Assembly (NCBI GenBank): GCA_040771865.1
Contig: JAXGZF010000003.1
Coordinates: 496,001 to 560,000 of the forward strand
Reading direction: 5' to 3'
DNA length: 64,000 nt
Source of the DNA: Desulfobacterales bacterium
GTDB lineage: Bacteria; Desulfobacterota; Desulfobacteria; Desulfobacterales; UBA2245
A program made the position numbers and the translations under genes. This document shows, piece after piece, positions 49,032 to 58,547 of this stretch (positions within the stretch are counted from its first letter, which is position 1; the number at the start of each line of letters is the position of its first letter). The notes beneath the pieces were generated by a model that saw only the letters and a list, made by a program, of their open reading frames with translations, made no database searches and had not been told where the DNA came from.

Positions 49032-49670
49032 ATGGGAATACAAGAACGCAAAGAAAGAGAACGCGAACGCAGACGACAGCAGATCATTGTGGCCGCCAAA
49101 AGGGTGTTTTCCGACAAGGGATTCAACAAGGCCACCATGGAAGACATCGCCCAGGAGGCTGAGCTGAGTCCGGGGACCCTCTATCTTTATTTCAAGAACA
49201 AAGAGGAACTTTATGCTTCCCTTTCCCTGAGAATTCTCCAGTACCTGCTGATCAGCCTGGACCATGTCGCCACCCAGGAAGACCAGTCACCCGAAGCCAA
49301 ACTGGATGCCATGATCCGTGCCATGTATGATGTGTATGAGTTTGATCCGCTGATCATTATCAACATGTTTCACCTTCAGTCCAGCGAGACGCTTAAAAAC
49401 CTGTCCTCTGAATTTTTGTCTGAAATCGAAATCCTGTCCAAAAAAGCCATCAGCGCCATGGCAGCGATTTTTCAGGAGGGTACCGAGAAGGGGGTTTTTA
49501 TCGACAAGCATCCGGTGGCTCTCGCCGACGTATTCTGGTCCATTTTTTCCGGAATTGTGCTTTGGGAAGCCAGTAAAAAAACGTTTAATCCTGAAAAAGA
49601 TTTTCTGAAAATCACCCTTGAAGCCGCCTTCGATATCTTTAAACGGGGATTGATAATAAATCGCAACTAA
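49032..49670 (+). CDS. TetR/AcrR family transcriptional regulator
   Basis: KGFNKATMEDIAQEAELSPGTLYLYFKNKEEL. Confidence 0.95.
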   Translation: MGIQERKERERERRRQQIIVAAKRVFSDKGFNKATMEDIAQEAELSPGTLYLYFKNKEELYASLSLRILQYLLISLDHVATQEDQSPEAKLDAMIRAMYDVYEFDPLIIINMFHLQSSETLKNLSSEFLSEIEILSKKAISAMAAIFQEGTEKGVFIDKHPVALADVFWSIFSGIVLWEASKKTFNPEKDFLKITLEAAFDIFKRGLIINRN

Positions 49671-49815
49671 CAGGGTGTTGAAAAACAAGAATCAGGCCGT
49701 CAGGCAAGGCGCGCGGCGATGCGACAAGCGCAGCATATTCAAGCATATGTGTGAGCATTGGCGAGGGCCGCGCAACACTGAATGGCGGCCTGAGGCGCAG
49801 TTTTGGAACAGCCTG
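49671..49815 (+). mobile_element. MITE-like repeat, copy 3 (145 bp)
   Basis: CAGGGTGTTGAAAAAC...GGAACAGCCTG; flanks CTAA / CTGA; left flank contains the tetR stop codon. Confidence 0.9.
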
Positions 49816-49944
49816 CTGAAGCGGCCGGTTTTTTTCTGACAGCGCAGCGTACGTTCTGTTTGCGGAGATCCGAAAGAGAAGGCCGCTGTTTTGAGATCGT
49901 TGCCGGTCACGTATCACTTGTAGCCGCATTTTCTGAATCGGAAT

Positions 49945-50865
49945 CTATCCTGACCGGGGGTCATAAACGGCGACACGGTTTCTGCCCTGACTTTTGGCTT
50001 GATAAAGCGCTTTGTCCGCTAGTTCGATCATGGTTTTTGAATCGGAGATCTCCGCACATGGCAAACTGGAGATGCCCAGGCTGATGGTGACCGACAGGAT
50101 TATTCCTTCTGACTCAAAACAGTACTGCTCGACGGTTTCACGCAAGCGCTCGGCAACAATCCGGGCGTCCGCGATCACGGTGTGATACAGCAGTATGGTA
50201 AACTCTTCGCCGCCGTAGCGGGAGGCCAGATCGCTTTCCCGTTTGAAGCTTTGAATGATTCTGCCAAGGGTTCTAAGCACCATATCTCCGGTCTGATGCC
50301 CGTAAGTATCGTTGAATTTCTTGAAATGATCGATATCAAGCATTATCAGCGAGAGCGATTCGTTGTATCGAAGCGCCCTCTGCACATCATTGGATATGCT
50401 TTCCTGGAAATACAGATGGTTATATAAGCCGGTCAGTCCGTCCCGATTGGCCATTTCCAGAAGCTGACGGTTCTTTTCCTGAAGGCGTTCGCAAAGTTCC
50501 TTGATCCGCAAATGAATGTTGACCCGGGCAACCAGTTCACCCTCATCAAACGGTTTGGTTACATAGTCCGAAGCACCCATTTCCAATCCTTTGACCTTGT
50601 CGGTGGATTCGGATTTTGAAGTTACCATAATCACGGCGATATCCTTGGTGTCCGGGTTCTGCTTGAGTTGCCGGCAAACCTCGTATCCATCAACGCCCGG
50701 AAGAATCAGATCCAGCAGTATCAGATCCGGATATTCCCGGAGTGCTGTTTCCAGTCCTTTTTCACCGGTATCCGCAGACAATACGAAATGACCGATTTTT
50801 TCCAGAATTGAACGGGCTACATGAATGATCAGCTTGCTGTCATCAATCACCAGAATTTTTGCCAT
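49945..50865 (-). CDS. REC-GGDEF diguanylate cyclase (WspR-like architecture)
   Basis: REC (VIDDS, LLDLILP), DGLTGLYN, DIDHFKKFNDTYGH, I-site RESD, active site GGEEF. Confidence 0.95.
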   Translation of the reverse strand: MAKILVIDDSKLIIHVARSILEKIGHFVLSADTGEKGLETALREYPDLILLDLILPGVDGYEVCRQLKQNPDTKDIAVIMVTSKSESTDKVKGLEMGASDYVTKPFDEGELVARVNIHLRIKELCERLQEKNRQLLEMANRDGLTGLYNHLYFQESISNDVQRALRYNESLSLIMLDIDHFKKFNDTYGHQTGDMVLRTLGRIIQSFKRESDLASRYGGEEFTILLYHTVIADARIVAERLRETVEQYCFESEGIILSVTISLGISSLPCAEISDSKTMIELADKALYQAKSQGRNRVAVYDPRSG

Positions 50866-50879
50866 TGTCAGACCTACCG

Positions 50880-51935
50880 TCAGTGTTGCTCACGCTGTTG
50901 CTTAAAGTGTTCAATAATCAGGCCCGGAATATGCTCGGGAGATTCCACAATATCGACCGCTCCGCGTTTAATGGCTTCCTGCGGCATTCCAAAAACAATT
51001 GAAGAATTCGGGTCCTGTGCCGCGGTCAAAGCGCCTGCTGAATGCATGGCCATCAGGCCGTCGGCGCCGTCATCACCCATTCCGGTCAGCAGTATTCCCA
51101 CAGCATTCCGACCGACATTTTTGGCCATTGAATGAAACAGGACATCCGCCGACGGCCGCTGAAAGTGAACCGGTTCGCTGGTATCAAGCCGAAGGGAAAA
51201 ACTCGATCCCTGTTCACGGATCACGCGAACGTGTTTTCCGCCCGGTGCAATATAGACCGTATCCGGCTTGATGGGTTCCATGTCCCGCGCTTCCTGAACC
51301 TTGAACATGGGGAACATCCTGTCGAGACGTTCCGCGAAGGATTCGGTATATCCGGCGGCCATGTGCTGAACGACCACGATTCCCTGGGTCCGGAAATCCA
51401 TGGCGCCGAGCAATTTTTCAATCGCCTGAACCCCTCCGGTGGAAGCGCCTACAGCCAGAATTTTTCGCAGATAATGCTGGTTCGCGGATATTTTTGCCAA
51501 ACTTGGCCTGGGGGGTTGAAAAAAAGGACGAATGCGGGCGATGGCAGCCGCATGGACCTTGAAAACAATTTCATGCCGTATGGCCTCGAATTGGGTCTCA
51601 AGATTTTCCATCGGTTTGGCCACGAAGTCCACAGCGCCCTCTTCTAGAGCCTCCATGGTTTTGCGGCTGCTGGACCGGGTATAGGAACTGATCATGATCA
51701 CCGGTATCGGACGGTAACTCATCAGATATTTTAGAAAGGCAATGCCGTCCATTCGGGGCATTTCCACATCCAGTGTGATGACATCCGGAACCTCTTTTAA
51801 AATGAATTTCTTGGCCTCAAACGGGTCGGAAGCAGTTCCCACCACCTCGATATCGGATTCAGCGGAAAGAATCCGATGCAGGACAGACTGAACCAGAGGG
51901 GAATCATCAACAATGAGTACGCGAATCTTTGCCAT
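50880..51935 (-). CDS. cheB: Chemotaxis methylesterase (REC-CheB)
   Basis: TLDVEMP, GASTGG, VQHM, RPSADVLF, LTGMGDDG. Confidence 0.96.
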   Translation of the reverse strand: MAKIRVLIVDDSPLVQSVLHRILSAESDIEVVGTASDPFEAKKFILKEVPDVITLDVEMPRMDGIAFLKYLMSYRPIPVIMISSYTRSSSRKTMEALEEGAVDFVAKPMENLETQFEAIRHEIVFKVHAAAIARIRPFFQPPRPSLAKISANQHYLRKILAVGASTGGVQAIEKLLGAMDFRTQGIVVVQHMAAGYTESFAERLDRMFPMFKVQEARDMEPIKPDTVYIAPGGKHVRVIREQGSSFSLRLDTSEPVHFQRPSADVLFHSMAKNVGRNAVGILLTGMGDDGADGLMAMHSAGALTAAQDPNSSIVFGMPQEAIKRGAVDIVESPEHIPGLIIEHFKQQREQH

Positions 51936-51938
51936 ATT

Positions 51939-52523
51939 CTAAAAAAATATTGCCGAGGGCGCGGTCAGACGGTTCCGAAATATCATGGATTTATATTTGT
52001 TTTCCTCGTCAATAATTTCTTTTTCTTGTTCAATATCGAAACGCTTCACAAGCGCCTTGGCCGTAGCGGTAAAGAAAAGCAGTTTCCGGCCGCAGTTTCC
52101 ACCCAGATCCTTGCTGAGCACGGGGATGCCCTCGAGTTCGAGATATTTCTGGGCAAACCGGATGTTTGACCCCGTCACATCACCGTCCTGAGTGCGAAAC
52201 TGCAAAACATTTCCGCCTCCGAAAATTTTGGCGGCCAGGTTTTCCCTGCGAGCTCCGGCCTTGATCAGCTCTCCGATCAGAAGCTCCATGGCGAACATGC
52301 CGTATCGCCCGATATCTGTGGTCAGAATCTCATCGGGCAACAACGTTCCGGGAAGCATAAAATGGTTCATGCCGCCGATGCGTTTTTCAGTATCATAAAT
52401 ACAGGTTGCGATACATGAGCCCAGAATGGTGTACAGGATCTCCCCATGCCTGGAAACCACGTATTCTCCGGCCCGAAGCATAATCACATCATGCTGAAAC
52501 TTTTTACTGTAGAATTTGTTCAT
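51939..52523 (-). CDS. cheD: Chemoreceptor glutamine deamidase
   Basis: TILGSCIA, GGMNHFMLP, RYGMFAMELLI, KIFGGG, DLGG. Confidence 0.95.
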   Translation of the reverse strand: MNKFYSKKFQHDVIMLRAGEYVVSRHGEILYTILGSCIATCIYDTEKRIGGMNHFMLPGTLLPDEILTTDIGRYGMFAMELLIGELIKAGARRENLAAKIFGGGNVLQFRTQDGDVTGSNIRFAQKYLELEGIPVLSKDLGGNCGRKLLFFTATAKALVKRFDIEQEKEIIDEENKYKSMIFRNRLTAPSAIFF

Positions 52524-52642
52524 GCCGATACTCGTTCAATTTTTTACCGAGCCTGAATCGCTTTCGAAAGAGAGCTTTCAGAGTCGATCCTTTCTGATTT
52601 CCGGCCGAAATTTCCCCTGATTCAGGGGCGTTTTGAATCCGG

Positions 52643-53095
52643 CTATGCCACCGCATCGGCAATGCCCAGTTCTTCAATGCTCAGCAGACGATCAATATCC
52701 AGCAACATGATCAGCTCATCGCCTTTTTTCCCGACTCCTTTCAAATATTCGTGATGTATGCCCGGGGGAAGGTTGCTGGTATTCCGAAACTCCTCGGGCG
52801 TGATTTCCACCACATCGGAAATCTCGTCCACGATCACGCCCATGATTCTGCCGGCGATTTCCATGACGATAATCACATGAAAACGCGTGTATTCACGATT
52901 CGGCAGATCAAATTTATCGCCAAGGTCAAAGACGGGAAGAATCGTTCCCCGCAGATTGATCACCCCCTTGACGAACCGGGTGAAATGGGGCAGCGGAGTG
53001 ATATTGTGGTAACTCAGAACCTCCCGGATTTTGGAAATTTCTATTCCATACCGCTGTTCATGAAGTAAAAAGACAATGTACTGCAGACCCGTCAT
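52643..53095 (-). CDS. cheW: Chemotaxis coupling protein
   Basis: GVINLRGTILPVFDL, GVIVDEISDV. Confidence 0.95.
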   Translation of the reverse strand: MTGLQYIVFLLHEQRYGIEISKIREVLSYHNITPLPHFTRFVKGVINLRGTILPVFDLGDKFDLPNREYTRFHVIIVMEIAGRIMGVIVDEISDVVEITPEEFRNTSNLPPGIHHEYLKGVGKKGDELIMLLDIDRLLSIEELGIADAVA

Positions 53096-55416
53096 CAGTA
53101 TTCCTCAAACCCTTCATCCATGTCTTTGGCCAAAAGATCGCTCTGTATTTCTCTGATCGGCGGCTTGCGGATCAGGTCCTTAGCAAGCGGGCGGTTAACC
53201 GGCGCCGAAACCCGCCGCTCTTTCTGATTCATAAAGGTAGTTTTCGGTCCCTCGTGTTTTAACGGGCTTATAACGGTCCGATCCTTGTCGCCCAGGACAA
53301 AAATATCCGTGATGTTTTTGAGCTGTTGGGCCTTTTCCCGAAGATGCTGGGTTTCTTCGGCAATTTCGTCCACAAAGTTGGCATTCTTTTCATTAACCTC
53401 GCACAGTTCCCTGGCTGTTCCCTGGCTGATCTGTTCAATTCCCATCGCGCTTTCCTCGGTTCCCATGGTAACTTCGCCTAAAGCGTTCGAAACACCTTCC
53501 GAGGTTCTAACGATTTTTTCAAAATTCGCCTGCAACTGTTCCACCCACCGAGTACTTTTGGTGACCTTGTCGAGTATTTCCCGAACCAGAACCTGTATGT
53601 CTTTGGCCGCTGCGGAACTTCGCTTGGAAAGGTTGCGCACCTCATTGGCCACAACGGCAAATCCCTTTCCCTGCTCTCCGGCGCGTGCCGCCTCAACGGC
53701 GGCGTTTATGGACAACAGGTTCGTCTGAAAAGTGATTTCGTTGATCAATTCCATCATCTCGACGATCTTATGGCTCGCCTCGGACATCTCCGCCATGGCG
53801 CGGACGGTTTTTTCAACCTCTTTGCCTCCATCCTGAGCCGCCTGAACCGCCTCCTTGGCCATGGAATCGGCATGACGGGTGTTGCTGAGATTCTGAGATG
53901 TGTTGGACACCAGTTGCTCAAGAGTGGAGCTGATCTCCTCCATGGCAGCGGCCTGCTGCTGGGTGCGCTGCGCCAGACTCTGATTTCCCTGGGATATCTG
54001 GACAATCCCTCGGATGACCGGCAGAATGTGCTCCTTGGTCTGAGTGATCAGGTCCACGATGCCGTCCAAGGTCTGATTCAACCGCTGAGTGAGAAGATCC
54101 ATGGCATCGTTTTTCCCGTCGAGCGTGCCTCTTGGCGTGAAATCACCCTGGGCAATTTTTCCGAAAAGTTCGGAAAGCTCGTTGACCTTCGATTCCAGAG
54201 CTTTTTTGGCGCTTTCTTCATTATAATATGATTCTTGAAGTTTTTTCTCGGCCGTTACCTCGGCGGTTAAATCCCTTAAAAATGAAAAGCCTCCCAGAAT
54301 ATTTCCACGGGAGTCTCTTAGCAGCGATGAACTGCACAGAAGGGGGATTTCTGTTCCCTGACGGTTGATCAGGGCGCAGCGTTTGCCCGCAACGGCATCG
54401 TCGGGTCCGATGGCCTGTTTAAGCGCTTCGATCAGTTGCGCGCAGGTCTCGTGAGAAAATACCTCGTAACATTTTCGTCCCATGGCCTCGCGTTGCGACA
54501 TGCCTGCCAGGCGGATTGCCGCCGCATCATTGATGTACGTGATGTTCAGATCCGGATCCACCATGTAAAACGGTTCGGAAATCCCGAGCCTCAAGCTGTT
54601 GGCATACTCCATGCGATCCCGAATGTTGATTACCATCTGATGGAAATTTCTGCTTAACCGTCCGATGGAGTCGACATAATCATCATGGATTTCAACATCG
54701 ATATTTCCGGCAGCCACCTGAGAGGCCTTTTGCTCGAGCAGGCGAAGCCTCTCGGTCACGAGTTTTGAAAAAATCCAGTTGATCAGCAGCACCAGGCAGA
54801 GCAGGGATACAGAGAAATAGAAGATATATTTATTCCGTGTCTGGGCAACGGCTGCAAGAACCTCCTGTGCCGGGTGATTGATGACCATGGCTCCCAGAAT
54901 TCTGCGCGAGGATCCATGACAGTGATGGCAGGCCCGATTGTTGAAAATTGGTTTCATGGTGGATATGAAAGGCTGGCCGTCAATCTGACCCGCAAAGGAC
55001 CTGTCGGGCGCAACTCCGGTTGCCAGCAACCTGTCAAGGGCCTTTCGCATGTCCTCGCCCGACACCAGAGCATCCATGCTGGTCCGGATCTTTTCGGATT
55101 CCGTGGCATAGGCGATCTCCTTGCTGAAATCTGTAATGTAAACCCTTACGCCGCCAATGTTCTCTTTGATATCGTTAAGCTGATCCTTTATGATGCCGCT
55201 TTGTCCGACCACCATGGAAGATCTTACGGTGCTGTAAGCGTTATCCAGAAGATGGTTGGAAAACAAGGCCAACTGACCGATGGCGGACTGCTGCTGAAGG
55301 CGCAGGCTTTGATGAAGAAAAATCACCATAAATAAGACCAGCACAATGATGGTGGCCATCAAAATCTTGGTCCGCATTCGGGTCCGTTTTATAAGCCTGC
55401 TTGTTAAAAATTGCAT
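53095..55416 (-). CDS. Methyl-accepting chemotaxis protein: periplasmic CxxCH sensor, HAMP, PAS, HAMP, signalling domain
   Basis: Two TM helices flanking a domain with CHHCH; PAS (ITYINDAA); FQTNLLSINAAVEAARAGEQGKGFAVVANEVRNL; C-terminal GFEEY; GGAGG RBS before ATG 55416. Confidence 0.93.
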   Translation of the reverse strand: MQFLTSRLIKRTRMRTKILMATIIVLVLFMVIFLHQSLRLQQQSAIGQLALFSNHLLDNAYSTVRSSMVVGQSGIIKDQLNDIKENIGGVRVYITDFSKEIAYATESEKIRTSMDALVSGEDMRKALDRLLATGVAPDRSFAGQIDGQPFISTMKPIFNNRACHHCHGSSRRILGAMVINHPAQEVLAAVAQTRNKYIFYFSVSLLCLVLLINWIFSKLVTERLRLLEQKASQVAAGNIDVEIHDDYVDSIGRLSRNFHQMVINIRDRMEYANSLRLGISEPFYMVDPDLNITYINDAAAIRLAGMSQREAMGRKCYEVFSHETCAQLIEALKQAIGPDDAVAGKRCALINRQGTEIPLLCSSSLLRDSRGNILGGFSFLRDLTAEVTAEKKLQESYYNEESAKKALESKVNELSELFGKIAQGDFTPRGTLDGKNDAMDLLTQRLNQTLDGIVDLITQTKEHILPVIRGIVQISQGNQSLAQRTQQQAAAMEEISSTLEQLVSNTSQNLSNTRHADSMAKEAVQAAQDGGKEVEKTVRAMAEMSEASHKIVEMMELINEITFQTNLLSINAAVEAARAGEQGKGFAVVANEVRNLSKRSSAAAKDIQVLVREILDKVTKSTRWVEQLQANFEKIVRTSEGVSNALGEVTMGTEESAMGIEQISQGTARELCEVNEKNANFVDEIAEETQHLREKAQQLKNITDIFVLGDKDRTVISPLKHEGPKTTFMNQKERRVSAPVNRPLAKDLIRKPPIREIQSDLLAKDMDEGFEEY

Positions 55417-55432
55417 GAATTCCCCCTCCGGC

Positions 55433-55918
55433 TCAATGGCACCCTGCATGAATTATGGGCTTGTATCGGAATGACTGAACCCTTTCCTCGATATGGCATC
55501 GCTGGCATATATCGATCGTTACTTTGCGAACGATAAACCGAGGGTCCTGTGACTCTGCATGATTCTTGCCCGGACCGTGGCAGACCTCGCATCCGGCGTC
55601 TTTCAATTCGGGTGTTTTTTCCAGACTGACAAATCCTCCGGGTTCCCCGTAGCCGGTCGTATGACAGATGTAACACTCCTGAACTTCGGCAGATGTCAGT
55701 CCCTTGATACGCTTGAGAATGCTGTCATAGGAATGGCTTTTACGGGCATATGCCGTAAATGTCGCATATTGTTCTTCGTGACAGGACTGACATACGGCGG
55801 ATCCCACATATTTGCCGGCGGTTTGATCTTGAGCCCAGACCCTCCAGGAACCCGCCAGTAAATATACTGCAAGCAGCGCCATGACGGCAGGATATTTCCC
55901 CCATTTTTGAACATTCAT
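55433..55918 (-). CDS. Periplasmic tetraheme cytochrome c (c554-like family)
   Basis: Signal peptide; YVGSAV-CQSCH, CYICHTTGYG, CEVCHGPG, CQRCH. Confidence 0.92.
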   Translation of the reverse strand: MNVQKWGKYPAVMALLAVYLLAGSWRVWAQDQTAGKYVGSAVCQSCHEEQYATFTAYARKSHSYDSILKRIKGLTSAEVQECYICHTTGYGEPGGFVSLEKTPELKDAGCEVCHGPGKNHAESQDPRFIVRKVTIDICQRCHIEERVQSFRYKPIIHAGCH

Positions 55919-58062
55919 TGGTTTCTCCGCATCGAAGCATTTTTGAAAAATATTTCCTCAATTCCCAGAAGATCCAAGACAAGCGCTACAGATCCGTCTC
56001 CCATGATGGTGGCTCCGGCGATGCCCTGAATGCTTTGAAAGTTTTTTTCTATGCTTTTTACCACCACATGGCAGGGCGCCAGAACCTGATCCACGAGAAG
56101 TCCGAATTTTTGCCGCCCGGTATTGATCAAGACCATGACAGGCGGCTGGGAACGATCAGGTTCAGCACCATAGAACAACATCCCAAGGTCTGCCGATGGA
56201 AGATAATCTTCTCTGAATCGATACAGTTTTTCAGTGGCGCCGAAGATTCTCATTTTTTCCGCATCAAAATTTTCTGTTGCAACCACTCCCCAGAGCGGCA
56301 CCAGATACGATTCGGTGCGATTGCTCACGTGCAACGCATGCATCAGCGCATAAGAAAGCGGAAATGAAAGGGTAAATGCCGTTCCCTGTCCTTCAGTACT
56401 TTCAACCGATATACTTCCGCCCACCCGCTCCACCTGGGTTCTGACAACATCCATGCCCACGCCGCGGCCGGATAGATCGGTAATATTTTTTGCAGTTGAA
56501 AATCCCGGCTGACAGATGCATCGAATCAGGGCCTCATTGTTCAGAGGCTCGCCCTCTTTTAAGAGTCCCATGGACAATGCCTGCCGGGAAATTTTTTCTC
56601 GATTCAGACCGCGGCCGTCGTCGCTGATCTGAATATAGATCCTGCTCCCTTTCTGATAAGCTGAAAAGCTGATAAGCCCTTCCGAAGGCTTGCCGCAAGC
56701 CTTCCTCTCTTCGGGGGGTTCAATGCCGTGGTCCACGCAGTTTCTGACGAGATGTTTTAATGGATCTGCTATAAATTCGATAATTTCTTTATCCAGCTCA
56801 GTGTCAACACCGGCCAGTGCCACCTTGACCTGCTTGTTCTGAGCCAAGGCGGTATCTCTGATCAGGCGCTGGTACCTATGGAAGGTTCCTTCAAGGGAAA
56901 ACATACGTGCATTGGTAACGCGCTCCTGAAATTCATGATTGATCTTAAGCAGCGTGTCCATCTCGTGTTCAATCTCGCTGGCGAAGTAATCGCGGCGTTT
57001 GGAAAGAATGTTCTGCATTTTGGACAGGCCTACGGCGATTTCCTCGGCCAGATCCACCAGACGGTCGATCTTCTGGACATCCACACGAACGCTGGTTTTT
57101 CGATACATTTCCCGGCTCCGCTGCTGCCGGGAGACCACCTGATCCAGGATTGCCTTGTCGAGCTTGCCCTCGTCTACCAGAATCTCGCCTAATTTTTTTT
57201 GTTTTTCCAGAGCATGCTGAACATCTTTTCGGCTTACCCCCGCCTTTTCCACCAGTACCTCGCCCAGGGGAGATTCAGCTCCTTGGACATCGATTCCATT
57301 CCGGTATCGGTTTGAAATGTCCGTGATGACAATGTCGTTGTCTTCACGGACAAACATGAATACATCCTCTATATATTCCAATGGAGCGGAGGTTTTTAAA
57401 ACAAGGCGCCATCCGATATAGAGCTGATCTGGAACCAGATCTTCGTACCGGGGCATTCTTGATAAATCCGGCGTGATTTCAAGGGCTTCGCCCAGATCGG
57501 CAAGATTGCGCAAAATGATTAGCGGGTCATTTCCGACCTCAAACATATTTTTTTGAAATTTTAAAATAATTTCGTAATAACGTTCAGTTTTCCCGAGTCC
57601 GACCTGTTCGGCCGTCGCCGTTCCTGCTTCACAACCCAATCCTGACGGGGGGGAAATTCGGAGTCTTGACTTCGGCGGAACTTCTTCGGCCGCAAAACGG
57701 CATATCTTGGCTTTAAACGCCTTTACCTCCTCTGGATCCGCCTCAGCTTGTCCGGACATACGGCGATCCAGCATGGCACGAATAAAATCAATATTTTCAA
57801 GGAGAGAAGATATAAGGGGTTTTGTGACTGGAAGTGTTCCGTTTCGCACATTTTCAAGCAGATTTTCCAGCAGATGCGCGCACTGGCTCATGACCGAAAA
57901 CCCAACCATGGCCGAGCCGCTTTTCAATGTATGAAGCGCTCTGAAAAGCTCCTCCGCGTCCGGACCTGGTTCAGGATTATGCTCTAAGCGAAGCAAACTT
58001 TCTTCGGCAGACTTGAGAAGATCGTCGGTTTCAGCAAAAAATATTTCCAGCGTTTCATCCAT
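55915..58062 (-). CDS. cheA: Chemotaxis histidine kinase
   Basis: Hpt LFRALHTLKSGS, DPLKHLVRNCVDHGIE, DDGRGL, SGRGVGMDVV, C-terminal CheW domain. Confidence 0.96.
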   Translation of the reverse strand: MDETLEIFFAETDDLLKSAEESLLRLEHNPEPGPDAEELFRALHTLKSGSAMVGFSVMSQCAHLLENLLENVRNGTLPVTKPLISSLLENIDFIRAMLDRRMSGQAEADPEEVKAFKAKICRFAAEEVPPKSRLRISPPSGLGCEAGTATAEQVGLGKTERYYEIILKFQKNMFEVGNDPLIILRNLADLGEALEITPDLSRMPRYEDLVPDQLYIGWRLVLKTSAPLEYIEDVFMFVREDNDIVITDISNRYRNGIDVQGAESPLGEVLVEKAGVSRKDVQHALEKQKKLGEILVDEGKLDKAILDQVVSRQQRSREMYRKTSVRVDVQKIDRLVDLAEEIAVGLSKMQNILSKRRDYFASEIEHEMDTLLKINHEFQERVTNARMFSLEGTFHRYQRLIRDTALAQNKQVKVALAGVDTELDKEIIEFIADPLKHLVRNCVDHGIEPPEERKACGKPSEGLISFSAYQKGSRIYIQISDDGRGLNREKISRQALSMGLLKEGEPLNNEALIRCICQPGFSTAKNITDLSGRGVGMDVVRTQVERVGGSISVESTEGQGTAFTLSFPLSYALMHALHVSNRTESYLVPLWGVVATENFDAEKMRIFGATEKLYRFREDYLPSADLGMLFYGAEPDRSQPPVMVLINTGRQKFGLLVDQVLAPCHVVVKSIEKNFQSIQGIAGATIMGDGSVALVLDLLGIEEIFFKNASMRRNQ

Positions 58063-58075
58063 GCAGGGTGCCGAT

Positions 58076-58453
58076 TTAACGTTCCCATACCAGTTTTTTG
58101 ATCGCCCACAACAGTTCTTCCGGCTGGAAAGGTTTTAAGAGCCATCCGGAAGCCCCCAGTGCGCGCCCTTTTTCAATCAGCGACTTCTCAGATTCGGTGG
58201 TTAATACCATGATTGGAATATATCGAAATTCGCCTTTCTTTATGTTTTCAATAAAGGTCATTCCATCCATTCGGGGCATATTGACATCCGTGATGATCAG
58301 GGAAGGCGCGATGTCCTGATTTTTCATTTCTTCTAAACGCATCAAGCCGTCTTGACCGTCGACTGCCTCGACGACTTTATATCCTGCATTTTGAATACAG
58401 AAGGAGACTGAAGAGCGGATCGTTGGAGAATCGTCCACCATCAGAATAAGCAT
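58076..58453 (-). CDS. cheY: CheY-like response regulator
   Basis: VDDS, ITDVNMPRMDG, LTTES, GASGWLLKPF. Confidence 0.88.
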   Translation of the reverse strand: MLILMVDDSPTIRSSVSFCIQNAGYKVVEAVDGQDGLMRLEEMKNQDIAPSLIITDVNMPRMDGMTFIENIKKGEFRYIPIMVLTTESEKSLIEKGRALGASGWLLKPFQPEELLWAIKKLVWER

Positions 58454-58547
58454 ATGAAAAATTTCCTCATTTCAATAAGTTTCGTTTGTATTGCTCCGTA
58501 CAGAACCCATCGAAAACAATCGGCATGTCTCATGCTTCTGTACACCA

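Noticed and set aside
52524..52642. c-di-GMP riboswitch between cheW and cheD
   Set aside because: Small hairpins are present but the conserved GEMM core is not.
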